From positions 7,760 to 71,759 of the forward strand of contig JAQUSJ010000001.1 of NCBI GenBank assembly GCA_028715175.1: a stretch of 64,000 nt of DNA. Reading direction: 5' to 3'. Origin of the DNA: Candidatus Daviesbacteria bacterium (GTDB lineage Bacteria; Patescibacteriota; Microgenomatia; Daviesbacterales; UBA10151). Positions 47,401-56,729 of the stretch are shown here, in pieces (the first letter of the stretch is position 1; each line of letters starts with the position of its first letter). The translations under genes were made by a program, and so were the position numbers. Under the pieces are notes generated by a model. It was not told the origin of the DNA and made no database searches. It worked only from the letters and a program-made list of their open reading frames with translations.

Positions 47401-48804
47401 AAATTCCTGCCTCAGCTCTTCCACAAATCCAGAGGTCATCTGATCTGACCCAAGATCCTTATTCGCTTGCTCTAAAGCCAACTCTTCTCCCCTTGCGACC
47501 AACACTTGTTTGAAATTCATTAGGTTTTGCATTAGCTCATTTGGGTCATACCCCAAAGCTTTATTTTTGAGCATTTGCAGAAAAGATTCTTTGGCAACAC
47601 GGAATTGGGCAGGAGTCCTAGCCTTTATCGTATAATAATTCGGATAACCGCCGTATGGCTCCCAATAAAGTTCTGTTATCTCGCCTTCCTCTTCTTCGCC
47701 TGGGATATGCCATTCGCCTTCTTGATAAGAACCTGGATCTTCACCATTAATTATTTTCCTAAGTTTTCCCCGCGTCCACAGAATATATGCTGTTTCAAGA
47801 TCCATTAACGGGGGATTAACTTCAGGATCTTTTGCTTTACCAAGCAGAGCATCCTCAATGGCCTGCCGGGCTTCTGGTTCCCTCTGCATCAATAAAGCCA
47901 AAGCCTGCTGCTTCGAATAGGTTCTATTCCTAAAACCTAAAAATATTGCATTATAAACCTCATCAACCCCCTTTAGTAACCCTTTTCTATGCGCTTCTTT
48001 AAAATATTTTAGTAAATCATTTTCTACTTGTTCTCTTTCGGGAATTGAAAGATGCAAATTTAGATACTTGGCAGTTAAAGATCCTAAATCCTCGCCTCTT
48101 TTTTCAATATCAGTAAAATCTTCAGGTTCAGGTTCATCTTGCTTTTTTGCCTTTTCAACACCTTTGGCAATTCTTTCTTCATAGGCCTTTTTTATTGCAT
48201 CATGCAGCGTCTGACCGGGCTCACGCTTGACCTTGTGCTCTTCCTCAGAATCAAAATGGTCCTGCAAATATCTGTCTTTTTGTTCGGTTTTCTCAACAAA
48301 AGCAGTTAATCTTCTACACAATTCATAGAGCTTTGGACCATTTTCAGCATCCCATCTAACTTCATAAGGCAACTCCGTTTCCATGTAGGTAATCTGTTCC
48401 ACTAGCCATCTGCCTCTTTCCGGACTAGTCTCCCACTCTGGCCCACTAGTTGGCTCTGGAACTATGGGTCCCTCATCTTCTGCACCTCCTGCTACTTCTA
48501 ACATCCTTGCCATCTCTTCACCTGTTCCTGGATCGATAAAAATCCTATAACCACCCTTTTGTTTTACCGAGTATTCTTCTACTCTTTTAGAGTCAAACGC
48601 CGGTGAGATATGCCAAGATCTTTGAAGATCTTGCTTACCAGATGGCTGAGGTAAAGTTTGTCCCTCAGCTTCGGCTGATCCTGCGCCCTGCAAGGGAACG
48701 GCACCTTCTATATTCTGTGGAGGCCCAGGAGGAATACTCGCTCCTGAGGAGCCTCCCCCCTCTACTGGTGTTCCTTCTGCCATATTTCTTTCTATATTTG
48801 CCAT
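44434..48804 (-). CDS. Very large hypothetical soluble protein (1456 aa)
   Basis: Long ORF with SD AAGGAG; no TM, signal peptide or recognised domain. Confidence 0.85.
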   Translation of the reverse strand: MANIERNMAEGTPVEGGGSSGASIPPGPPQNIEGAVPLQGAGSAEAEGQTLPQPSGKQDLQRSWHISPAFDSKRVEEYSVKQKGGYRIFIDPGTGEEMARMLEVAGGAEDEGPIVPEPTSGPEWETSPERGRWLVEQITYMETELPYEVRWDAENGPKLYELCRRLTAFVEKTEQKDRYLQDHFDSEEEHKVKREPGQTLHDAIKKAYEERIAKGVEKAKKQDEPEPEDFTDIEKRGEDLGSLTAKYLNLHLSIPEREQVENDLLKYFKEAHRKGLLKGVDEVYNAIFLGFRNRTYSKQQALALLMQREPEARQAIEDALLGKAKDPEVNPPLMDLETAYILWTRGKLRKIINGEDPGSYQEGEWHIPGEEEEGEITELYWEPYGGYPNYYTIKARTPAQFRVAKESFLQMLKNKALGYDPNELMQNLMNFKQVLVARGEELALEQANKDLGSDQMTSGFVEELRQEFEGRAFLWHTFYNSEHYNKEGAKQGAMAMAMHEGPQRWVRALRSGEECGVGFHTFCFDNLAMIEFALNAQGSRGQFGDRTQVQEYIRAIIYGIQKERGMGIVLKDYDWRDVDLVSDPELRYKRAVRLEQLDKHLKENDDDLDSFAEDDDREFYLAQRVHPKTNQERIGIHQSAEALKALFDGFDNSDAHRNNYQEYVRNKGLDIDKLPENFPRKLRDSVKLGRIQTLMDELRQEVRTGTVVLGRKEKLIDKLVKLKRIKRQDKRFYDKYYADSETSFDVAMQMQGVTHETTIRGGAVYFVGKNQYVREYLKFRQDNHKEQKASDPDISQWSPAQRRKGFTENQHKGWILDEIAKGRRLDSFPPTEQALYNSLNPADRENLTFDHIPAHLAQKAGMAVVNWIRMKYRDDSPIWQTEGFKERVEGKDENDQYRYPNFRARYREAMVQKALERAVDAIYEKGFAAKFSDADYAANYLDYFDENGELKSGMIELQPIALSQMKLKRPHVFGYSQNGLPIIAFDENSQPIFGYDKSGKPVGLGESDFDATSGKLIIYDKPGGKDRKLIDLGNLILHYGLEDNPKYILTERGDGTFVFVEEVDLDVPTAADSWLALHTAHTYWAYQSNNTHTLLPDYVIDQARQIRDGKLRPEDADIFAGLLLTLDPTLCRVKEFAGEQMTLEGIVFDAAVEESLLGWVGVRNVFKERSLPNDGNKEHMGTGYYTEDLGGDFRFSLQIEALTAKMPDRWARRLKAALSVAPMHADTMAGNLGRHGVMGAVSMMDDKIHELTNQRIASQFAITKFINLMDSSTILWFALIGGTDPKTGDHHEGLLMKPTNNSEDVLKIREKLVEALQKPEGEVEVFHILLENFGRVWDTLRKVRTMYSDQRNAGGALDLRKTDVFLPNGRFNPAIALEKEKNTGTSRHIARMFWNAYVDWLLDKGPGGGAQAYPAEAEVYSFLRKPYYWFVAENGQWVRKYDGRDWAGWLFDKMAL

Positions 48805-48889
48805 AAATTCCTCTCCTTGGGAAATCCATGGCCTATCTCAAGCATAGAACTTCCCAAATCTAACTGTCAAATCTTCTTTTTAGATTTGT

Positions 48890-48942
48890 TTATCGCTTAT
48901 CGTTAATCGGAAATTTAATATTCGATATACGAAGAGCGATTA
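48890..48942. repeat. 7-nt-period hairpin
   Basis: ttatcgc ttatcgt taatcgg ... tcgatat acgaaga gcgatta. Confidence 0.55.
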
Positions 48943-49019
48943 GTGTTACAATAAACCATCAACCAATTCTGTGCTTGATTAAATTCTTACAAAATCCTGA
49001 CGGGGTTCAGTTCAAAGGT

Positions 49020-49466
49020 TCAGGACAATCTCTTATTTAAATCTATACTTCTTAGATATTGCAAAAAGTTTGCAGGAGCCATCACCATTATATTAAAATC
49101 CTCTTTTATTTTATCTATCTTAAAATGTTTGGTGTTATAAGAAATTAGATAATTCGCTTTAGCTTTTTTTGCTCCCGCTATAATGTGGGCATCGTCTTGA
49201 TCAACAATATATTCTGAATATTTTACTTTAATTTCTTTTAACTGTTGCTTTAGATATACCTTTTTGAAGCTTCTTTTAAGAAGATTTTTAAGCTCAGTCT
49301 GATCAAGCCCTAATCTATCAGCTACTTCTATTAATTCTTTCTGAGATACATTTGAAATATATAATTTAAGATTAGTTATGCTACTGAGCAAAAGATTAGC
49401 TGCCCCTGATGAAGAAATTAACGAAGAGATGACCACATCTGAGTCAATGAATACCTTTTTAAACAT
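49020..49466 (-). CDS. PIN-domain toxin (VapC-like)
   Basis: VFIDSDVVIS, DQDDAHIIAGA, LISYNTKHF. Confidence 0.88.
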   Translation of the reverse strand: MFKKVFIDSDVVISSLISSSGAANLLLSSITNLKLYISNVSQKELIEVADRLGLDQTELKNLLKRSFKKVYLKQQLKEIKVKYSEYIVDQDDAHIIAGAKKAKANYLISYNTKHFKIDKIKEDFNIMVMAPANFLQYLRSIDLNKRLS

Positions 49467-49730
49467 TTAACTACTGTTAATCTTAGACCTGATTTTTTTA
49501 ATCTCTGCTTGTATGGTGGGGAGTTGTTTCAGATCTTCCTTTTCAGCCAAATAAAGGTCATAATCCAGTCCGGTGAAAACAAAGGAGATGGAGCTTGCCG
49601 GGACACGATAAACCTTACCGATCTTTTTAGCTATTATCTCGCCCCTTTGAATTAAATCATAAATTGTATTTTTGCTCAGTTGTAGAATATTAGCTACTTG
49701 CTCGGGAGTATATGCTTTAGTGCTAATCAT
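49467..49730 (-). CDS. Excisionase-like HTH protein (probable antitoxin)
   Basis: YTPEQVANILQLSKNTIYDLIQRGEI..KIGKVYRV; own promoter TTGACA-N17-TATAAA at 49765-49737. Confidence 0.85.
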   Translation of the reverse strand: MISTKAYTPEQVANILQLSKNTIYDLIQRGEIIAKKIGKVYRVPASSISFVFTGLDYDLYLAEKEDLKQLPTIQAEIKKIRSKINSS

Positions 49731-49787
49731 GATTATTTTATACCAAACATTACTAAATTTGTCAATAGGTAATTAAAACCTACAATA

Positions 49788-50696
49788 CTATCCGCATCTT
49801 TTAACTGTCCTACAGCTAGGACAGCTCTGGCCGGCCCTGACAATACAATTTATTGCTTCACCACAAACAGGACAATTCCTACAAAAATCAGGATCTTTAG
49901 TATTTACCCCATCACCCACTACTAAAGAATTCTCTGAAAATACCTGAAAAGCAGTCTTAGGGGGGCAGCTACCAGAGTATGACCCCAACACTTGCTTAAT
50001 AGCCATTTGCGCTTCATCTGTAGAATATAGCCCTGGAATAGAGAAAAACTCTTTTTGGACCATTGTAGCCTGTCTAAGAACCTCTTCTTTCAGTCTTCTA
50101 TCTTCTCCAATTCTGACCATTTCCCATACAGCAGGCGCATCAATTAACTCTTCTAAGGCATGGATCCAAAAATTGCCATGGGTCTTTAAAATCAGCGGGG
50201 TTGCCCTGACCTGATCAAAATTGAAAAAATTTGGCTGGTTCTGGCTAAACTGCGCCAAACCACGGGCAAATTCCAGAGACTGATTCTCATCAAAATCAAA
50301 TAAAATAGCCCGGTTAAATAATCTTTTGAGACCATTCTTATACTCTATCTCGCTGACAATTATTTTTAAGACAGAATATGCTCCAAGATAGGGAGGGCTA
50401 ACCCAGACAATTACTCCCTCATTACGACTGACTGCCCACTCTTCCATAGCAACTACCGCTCTATATTCCAACTGACCCAGGTGACTAGTTTTATCTTCAA
50501 TTGTATCTTTGACCCTGCAATGAGCGGTAGGAGAAAATAACTCTCCGTTTGATCTAACTTCAAAATAATAAGGGTCAGGAACTCTGTGAGTTTCGAGGCT
50601 GTAAGAAGCTATCTCTTCAACAACTTGCTTTTCAGGTTTACCTTGCCAATTTTTGATAAAAGAAGTTATTTCTGGTCGTTCTAGTGATACTGACAT
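49788..50696 (-). CDS. Hypothetical protein with C-terminal Cys-rich Zn ribbon, downstream of a cobalamin riboswitch
   Basis: VWVSPPY, GSCP, CRNCPVC...CPSC....RC; SD AGGAG. Confidence 0.75.
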   Translation of the reverse strand: MSVSLERPEITSFIKNWQGKPEKQVVEEIASYSLETHRVPDPYYFEVRSNGELFSPTAHCRVKDTIEDKTSHLGQLEYRAVVAMEEWAVSRNEGVIVWVSPPYLGAYSVLKIIVSEIEYKNGLKRLFNRAILFDFDENQSLEFARGLAQFSQNQPNFFNFDQVRATPLILKTHGNFWIHALEELIDAPAVWEMVRIGEDRRLKEEVLRQATMVQKEFFSIPGLYSTDEAQMAIKQVLGSYSGSCPPKTAFQVFSENSLVVGDGVNTKDPDFCRNCPVCGEAINCIVRAGQSCPSCRTVKRCG

Positions 50697-50735
50697 ATTG
50701 CTCCTGCTCGGGATAGAATCTCGCCGTTAGGCGAA

Positions 50736-50945
50736 GTGGTCGGTCTCCTGACTTAATCAGCTCTCAGCTTTCAGTCTTCAGCTATCAGACTAAAAATTCT
50801 TGTCTGACAACTGATGACCGACGACTGATGACTGAAATCACAGTTGCGGCACAGTCCAGGATTCTCACCTGATTCCCTTTTTAAGAGCGAAGCTCGCAAG
50901 CTCCGCTTATTTCTTCTCCCGCCAGAGGCGGGATGAAATACCACA
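50736..50945 (-). promoter_or_regulatory. Cobalamin (B12) riboswitch
   Basis: Minus strand: GTGGT...AAAAAGGGAATCAGGTGAGAATCCTGGACTGTGCCGCAACTGTGA...AAGTCAGGAGACCGACCAC (B12 box, P1 closure). Confidence 0.87.
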
Positions 50946-50957
50946 ACGTTAGAATAA

Positions 50958-51070
50958 CAACTCAAAACTCAAATGTCAAAACTCAAAACTAAAACTTAAA
51001 ATCTTAAAATTTTAAAACCTTTGAGATTTAAGATGCAGATTTGCGATTTGAGATCTAAGATTTGAGATTA
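50958..51070. repeat. 7-nt-period hairpin between divergent transcription units
   Basis: ctcaaaa ctcaaat gtcaaaa ctcaaaa... / tttgaga tttaaga tgcaga tttgcga tttgaga tctaaga tttgaga. Confidence 0.7.
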
Positions 51071-51145
51071 ATATGGATTGCCCCATAATGATCTGTTTTG
51101 TGACTCTTGCCATCATTTTTTTCACGATGTATATAGATAGTATCT

Positions 51146-52165
51146 ATGGAAGAAGTACATCCAATCCCGCAAAATGTGACAAGTTTCCAGTTCAAGCTGG
51201 TTGGGGATATGACCCTAAAGCAATTCGGCTATCTGGCTGCCGGCGCAGGTTTTGCTTATCTGGTTTTTGTCCTTTTCTCGCACGATTATCCAATCATAGC
51301 CTGGCCGATTGTTTTTTCTTCAACCATTTTAGGCATTGCTTTTGCTTTTGTGCCGATTGGATCACGGGCGCTGGACCACTGGTTAGCAGCATTTTTGAAA
51401 GCTGTTTATTCTCCTACTAAAAGAGCCTGGGCGAAAAACGGAAAAACTTACAAAGAAGACCCGTTGTTTGACAGCCGTCTGGTGATGTATCTTGCCGGTA
51501 CTCAAAATGCTCCTCCGGCCAAACCATCTGCTGCAACCATCACTCAAATTGCACGCCCCGCACCTTTACCAACACAAGAGAAGCTGCAAAAAACAGTAGA
51601 CCTGGCTCAAGAGGCACAACAACTGCAAATGAAGATCATCCAGTCGGAGCGGACTTTATCGCAAATTAAGGAACAGGCAACGCAACCCACACCTATACCC
51701 GTTGACTATAGCCAACAAGCCAGTAAGATCTTAACGGATTTAAAAAACCTGGTTAATCAAGCTTCCGAAGTAAAACAGCAAATTAAATCTATCCAGGAAC
51801 CAACAGTTCAACCTCAGGTTCCTATTTCCGAACCTGTCTTCAGAGAAAAAGTCAAAGTAATAGTGCCTGTGAAACCCAAACAAGCACAGATTGCGCTAAC
51901 TACATTTCCAAATGTCATAAACGGTATTGTCAAAGACAGGAACAATAATTATCTGGAAGGCGTAGTGGCAGTTATCTACGACAAAGAGGGCCTGCCTGTC
52001 CGGGCCCTAAAAACAAATAAACTCGGTCAATTTACCGGTTCAACACCGCTGCCTAATAAAACTTATACTTTGGAGCTTGAAAAAGACAATTATACTTTTG
52101 ATGTATTGCAGATTGAATTAACCGGAGAAGTTTTACCGCCTTTAGTGATTACAGCAAAATCATGA
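51146..52165 (+). CDS. PrgI-family (VirB3-like) protein with coiled coil and C-terminal beta-sandwich
   Basis: HPIPQNVTSFQFKLVGDMTLKQF, two TM, RALKTNKLGQF. Confidence 0.82.
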   Translation: MEEVHPIPQNVTSFQFKLVGDMTLKQFGYLAAGAGFAYLVFVLFSHDYPIIAWPIVFSSTILGIAFAFVPIGSRALDHWLAAFLKAVYSPTKRAWAKNGKTYKEDPLFDSRLVMYLAGTQNAPPAKPSAATITQIARPAPLPTQEKLQKTVDLAQEAQQLQMKIIQSERTLSQIKEQATQPTPIPVDYSQQASKILTDLKNLVNQASEVKQQIKSIQEPTVQPQVPISEPVFREKVKVIVPVKPKQAQIALTTFPNVINGIVKDRNNNYLEGVVAVIYDKEGLPVRALKTNKLGQFTGSTPLPNKTYTLELEKDNYTFDVLQIELTGEVLPPLVITAKS

Positions 52166-52932
52166 ATACAACACAGGAACATTTATCTATTTCAGATATT
52201 CGGGACGATATTCTTTTGCTGAAAGACGGGGGCGGGGCGCTTGTTCTGCAAGTCAGCGCTGTTAATTTTGGCTTACTTTCAGACAGGGAACAGGTGGCTA
52301 TCATTTCCGCATTCGCCCAAATGCTTAATTCCTTATCATTCAGCATCCAAATTGTCATCCATTCGGAAAGGCTCAACATCAGCTCTTATCTGAAAATATT
52401 GGATGACGCCAAAAAAGCCCAAAACAACCCGCTGCTTTCACAAATGATTACGGGATATAGACAATTTATCCAAACTACAATCAAAGAAAATGAGGTATTG
52501 GATAAAAGGTTTTATATTGTCATTCCGCTTTTCGCGCTAGAGCTGGGGCTAACTCCATCCAGAGAAAGTTTGGAGGGAAAAATTAAAACAATACTCATAC
52601 CAAGACGGGATCAAATTGTCAGACAGCTAGGCAGAGTCAATCTGAAAGCGATGCATCTGACCAAACAAAAATTGATTGAAGTTTTTTATTATATCTATAA
52701 TGGTCAAGTTGAGGAAAAACCGCCGGGACAAATCGTCAATCCGCAAGAATTAGCAGTTAAATTAAAACAACCCGTTCGACTCGCTGACGCTCGCTCAGGG
52801 CCTTCGGCCGCACAACCAACTTTTAATCCCGCAGCACAACAGCCAACATCACCAATCCCACCTGTGACAGAACCAATAACCACTCAAGGCACAAAAACAC
52901 ATCCTTTTGTAGTGGAGGAGTTAGGAGAATGA
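52162..52932 (+). CDS. VirB4/TraC N-terminal-like partner protein
   Basis: VNFGLLSDREQ, LNSLSFSIQI, KRFYIVIP. Confidence 0.7.
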   Translation: MNTTQEHLSISDIRDDILLLKDGGGALVLQVSAVNFGLLSDREQVAIISAFAQMLNSLSFSIQIVIHSERLNISSYLKILDDAKKAQNNPLLSQMITGYRQFIQTTIKENEVLDKRFYIVIPLFALELGLTPSRESLEGKIKTILIPRRDQIVRQLGRVNLKAMHLTKQKLIEVFYYIYNGQVEEKPPGQIVNPQELAVKLKQPVRLADARSGPSAAQPTFNPAAQQPTSPIPPVTEPITTQGTKTHPFVVEELGE

Positions 52933-54698
52933 AGCTACCAAATTTATTTAGAAAAACAAAAACTCAGGAACAACTGCAACCCCAATTAACCGTTGAGGAT
53001 GTGATTGCTCCGGGCGAAATAGAAGTGGAGTTTAGTCATCTGAAGATAGACAGCCGTTTTTTCCGGACTTATTTTGTATCGGCTTACCCCAGATTTGTTG
53101 AGCCTAACTGGCTTGAACCGCTAATTTCTTTTGACCATTCGCTCCTTGTTTCGATGTTTATTTACCCGTCGCAATCGCAAGGAGTACTGGATGAACTAAA
53201 GCGCAAAGTAGCTGAAATGGAAGCCACGATCCAGACCGATCTTGAACGGGGCAGAGCAGTGGATCCTGCGGTCGAAGTAGCCTTGGAAGATGCACGGAGC
53301 TTACAAGACCAGCTTGTCAGGGGGGTTGAACGATTCTTTCAATTTACCCTCTATATTACTGTGCCGGCAGAGAGCCTGGAAGAGCTGCAAAGCACTTCAA
53401 AACTGGTTGAATCAACACTTGCTTCCCTTTCTATAACCGCCAGACAGGTAACACTGCAAATGGAGGACGGCTTCAAATCCACCTTGCCGCAAGGAAAAGA
53501 TCTTCTAAATCTCGCCCATAACATGGATACCACGTCGCTAGCTACAACTTTCCCGTTTGCCTCGTCTGAACTGACTGCCAACGAGGGAATCATGTACGGC
53601 ATTAACGAGCATAATGGTTCCCTGATTTTATTTGACAGATTCAGTTTAGAAAATGCAAACTCGGTTATTTTCGCCAAAAGCGGAGCCGGCAAATCGTATT
53701 TAGTTAAACTTGAAGCCCTCAGATCTTTAATGTTTGGGACAGAAATAATTGTCATTGACCCGGAGCAGGAATACAAAATTTTGGCTCAGGCTGTTGGCGG
53801 AGAATATATTAATTTCTCCCCTTCGTCTCCGGTAAAAATCAATCCGTTTGATATGTCAGCCGAAGTAACTCCGGGTGAAAATGAACTGGGCCGTAAAATT
53901 CTGTCTTTAACCGGTTTTTTAAAATTGGTTTTGGGAACGCTAAATGCCCAAGAAGCCGCCATACTGGATAGAGCCTTAAAACAAACATACCAGCTCAAAG
54001 GAATCACAGATGATCCTAAAACCCAAACCAATCCGCCAGCTGGCGGACCTCCTTTAATGGAAGATTTATACAAAGTTTTAATCGGCATGGAAGAAGCTGT
54101 AGCTATGGAACTGGCAGCCCGCTTGGAGCGATTTATTAAAGGATCGCTCGCCGGTATTTTCTCCACCCAATCCAATGTTGATATTTCCAACTCGTTTACA
54201 GTATTTTCGGTCCGCGATTTGCCGGACCAGCTAAGACCGCTATCCATCCATATGATCTTAGACTATATATGGACCAAGATCAGAGGCAAACTCAAGAAAA
54301 GACTTTTGATTGTTGATGAAGCATGGTATTTGATGCGGAATCAGGATTCGGCGGATTTTTTGGTAGATATGGCCAAACGTGCCAGGAAATATTATTTAGG
54401 CTTAACTACCATTACGCAAGACGTGGAGGATTTCTTGAGTAACGAGCGGGGCAAAGAAATTATTTCCAATTCATCAATCCAAATTCTCCTGAAACAAGCT
54501 CCTGCTTCAATCGACCTTTTGGCCCATGTTTTTAACCTGTCAGAAGGGGAACAGAGACTTTTGATGTCAGAAGGAATTGGTGAAGGGATATTTTTTGCCG
54601 GCAATACCCATGTGGCAATGAGGGTGGTGGCTTCTCCGGAGGAACATCAATTGATTACCTCAAATCCTGCTGAAATACTGGCAAGACAGAAGATTTAG
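52929..54698 (+). CDS. virB4: VirB4-like type IV secretion ATPase
   Basis: AKSGAGKS, IDPEQEY, LIVDEAW, KRARKY..TTITQD. Confidence 0.9.
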   Translation: MKLPNLFRKTKTQEQLQPQLTVEDVIAPGEIEVEFSHLKIDSRFFRTYFVSAYPRFVEPNWLEPLISFDHSLLVSMFIYPSQSQGVLDELKRKVAEMEATIQTDLERGRAVDPAVEVALEDARSLQDQLVRGVERFFQFTLYITVPAESLEELQSTSKLVESTLASLSITARQVTLQMEDGFKSTLPQGKDLLNLAHNMDTTSLATTFPFASSELTANEGIMYGINEHNGSLILFDRFSLENANSVIFAKSGAGKSYLVKLEALRSLMFGTEIIVIDPEQEYKILAQAVGGEYINFSPSSPVKINPFDMSAEVTPGENELGRKILSLTGFLKLVLGTLNAQEAAILDRALKQTYQLKGITDDPKTQTNPPAGGPPLMEDLYKVLIGMEEAVAMELAARLERFIKGSLAGIFSTQSNVDISNSFTVFSVRDLPDQLRPLSIHMILDYIWTKIRGKLKKRLLIVDEAWYLMRNQDSADFLVDMAKRARKYYLGLTTITQDVEDFLSNERGKEIISNSSIQILLKQAPASIDLLAHVFNLSEGEQRLLMSEGIGEGIFFAGNTHVAMRVVASPEEHQLITSNPAEILARQKI

Positions 54699-54713
54699 TG
54701 ATACCTTAATCTT

Positions 54714-56729
54714 ATGGCCCAATTCTTAAAAGCAAAGTTTTTAAGCGATGCTTTAAAGTGGAAAGCTGATTCGAGGCATGCAGCTGACAAATACTTTGCA
54801 GGTTTAAAGTATGATCCTTTCATCTTTCAACAAGCAAGATTAACTTTCCCCTCATATGATAAACGCTACCCTGTTCCGGCTAATAAAGAATTTGCTGAAA
54901 ACTTTGCCAGAGATTTAGCAAATCCAACCAGAAATAAAGAACTACTGAGAATAATCAACCCAGAGATTCTTACCCCAGAGTTGGAGGCGGCAAATCAACA
55001 GTTTGAGACAGCAGCGCGCCTGGAACAGCAGCAAGTAGCCCAGGCAACCGGCCAACCACCTGTCCAACCATTTTCCTTATCTGCACCACCCAGACCAATG
55101 CAACCGCGCATCATTCCTACTGTGGTAACCCCACCAGTAACCAAGGAAGAAGCAGCTGCCAAAACGCCGACAGAGGTACCTGCTGCCCAACCTCCCCCAG
55201 CCTCAACCCAACTTCCCCCACTGCCACAACAAATATTCAATGCTAATAGAAGCGGAATAGTCGCAAGAATGCGTAACATACAACCTCCCAACTGGCTGAA
55301 AAATCTTGGATCTAGTACGCGAATATTTGCCAGAAAGAATTTGGGCAGGATATTTGACGGCCTTAGAGGGATTATTGGAGGAATAGGCAGAGGAGTAGGA
55401 GGAGCTGTCAGCACAGGATTGGGCGCTACCGCTCCATCCTTAGGTCGAGCATTTCACGGGGGCTTAAATGCTGTTGGAAGAATTACCCAACCAGGAGGAG
55501 TTGATGGAATACCTTCGGGAGGATTAGTCAAATCACCTGTTGGGAAAAGAGGTGCTATAGCTCTACTTTTAGCAATGTTCCTGTTTGTCTTTATATCAGG
55601 TTTTCTGGGAGGATTAACAGAACCCACTTCGTCCCTTAAAGCTGCATCATTACCATCAGGCGGTGGAGATATCAGTAGTTGTAAATTCACCAGATCAGGC
55701 AACTCTCAACTCATCAAAAGCTCTATTCTCTCGGGTTGGATTAGCGGCGTAGCAGCTTCAGCGGGAATCCCACCAGCAGCTTTAGCCAGCATAGCTATGC
55801 ATGAAAATCCGAATTTTACAACCAACGCTGACAATAACCATGACGCTATAACATCTAACCAGTTTTGTAATAAAGGTGTAATGTTTTGCGAGGATGGACA
55901 GGGGCATGTTTTACATACCAAAGCAGACGATGGCATAAACGACCCTTGTACGCCAGCTGAAATTGCGACCGGGAATAGAACCGCTCAAGCAGTTGGATTA
56001 ATGCAAATTCTTGATATCTATAACCCAGGAAAAGATTTATGCAGTATCACGGAAAATTTAGCTATCGCAGCGGCAAAACTCAAAGCAAGCGGGATGACAG
56101 TACAACCCACTCAGGACCAAGTTAACGCTTCTATCAGTGGTTATTACAATGGCTGTACATATGGAAACTACAATTACTGTAATGAGGTCTGGCAAGATCT
56201 ACAAAACTGCCAAGTACAACCCGGAATTCCTCCTGTAGGCGGAGATTTTGCCAGCCAGTTAGTTGATAAAATCAAAAAATCATTGGCTTGCAATGGCTTT
56301 GTGACAATTTTTAATCATGATGCCTGCATAGCTTCAATCCAACCCATTCCACAGCTGTCTGCCCAGGCAATCCATAATTCAGTATTTAATGTAACGGGTA
56401 ATGTTTTACAATGTGTTGGCTTTGCACAAGCAATTGCTACAGATTTAATTGGAACAACCGGAAATGCGATTAACTATATATCAAATAATATCCCAGGTTA
56501 TCGTTTTATTATCCGAGAAAATAATCAAATTCAAGTAGGTGATTTACCTGTTTGGAGTGCGACTACTGATAGACGATACGGGCATATCGCTTATGTAACG
56601 AGTGTTCAAAATAACGGTACATTTCAAGTGGCAGAAGCAAATTTTTGCCCACAAGATTGTGGTAAAGTAGATTTACGAATTGATTCAGTTAATGACGATC
56701 AAATAGTTGGCTGGCTAAGGAAGAGATGA
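54714..56729 (+). CDS. Membrane-anchored peptidoglycan hydrolase (SLT-like plus CHAP)
   Basis: TM; AMHEN...AVGLMQI; QCVGFA...YGHIAYV...VAEAN. Confidence 0.8.
   Translation: MAQFLKAKFLSDALKWKADSRHAADKYFAGLKYDPFIFQQARLTFPSYDKRYPVPANKEFAENFARDLANPTRNKELLRIINPEILTPELEAANQQFETAARLEQQQVAQATGQPPVQPFSLSAPPRPMQPRIIPTVVTPPVTKEEAAAKTPTEVPAAQPPPASTQLPPLPQQIFNANRSGIVARMRNIQPPNWLKNLGSSTRIFARKNLGRIFDGLRGIIGGIGRGVGGAVSTGLGATAPSLGRAFHGGLNAVGRITQPGGVDGIPSGGLVKSPVGKRGAIALLLAMFLFVFISGFLGGLTEPTSSLKAASLPSGGGDISSCKFTRSGNSQLIKSSILSGWISGVAASAGIPPAALASIAMHENPNFTTNADNNHDAITSNQFCNKGVMFCEDGQGHVLHTKADDGINDPCTPAEIATGNRTAQAVGLMQILDIYNPGKDLCSITENLAIAAAKLKASGMTVQPTQDQVNASISGYYNGCTYGNYNYCNEVWQDLQNCQVQPGIPPVGGDFASQLVDKIKKSLACNGFVTIFNHDACIASIQPIPQLSAQAIHNSVFNVTGNVLQCVGFAQAIATDLIGTTGNAINYISNNIPGYRFIIRENNQIQVGDLPVWSATTDRRYGHIAYVTSVQNNGTFQVAEANFCPQDCGKVDLRIDSVNDDQIVGWLRKR

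Noticed and set aside
50771-51420. ORFs 50771-50965 and 51073-51420
   Set aside because: The first coincides with the riboswitch; the second is an alternate frame over the PrgI-family gene.
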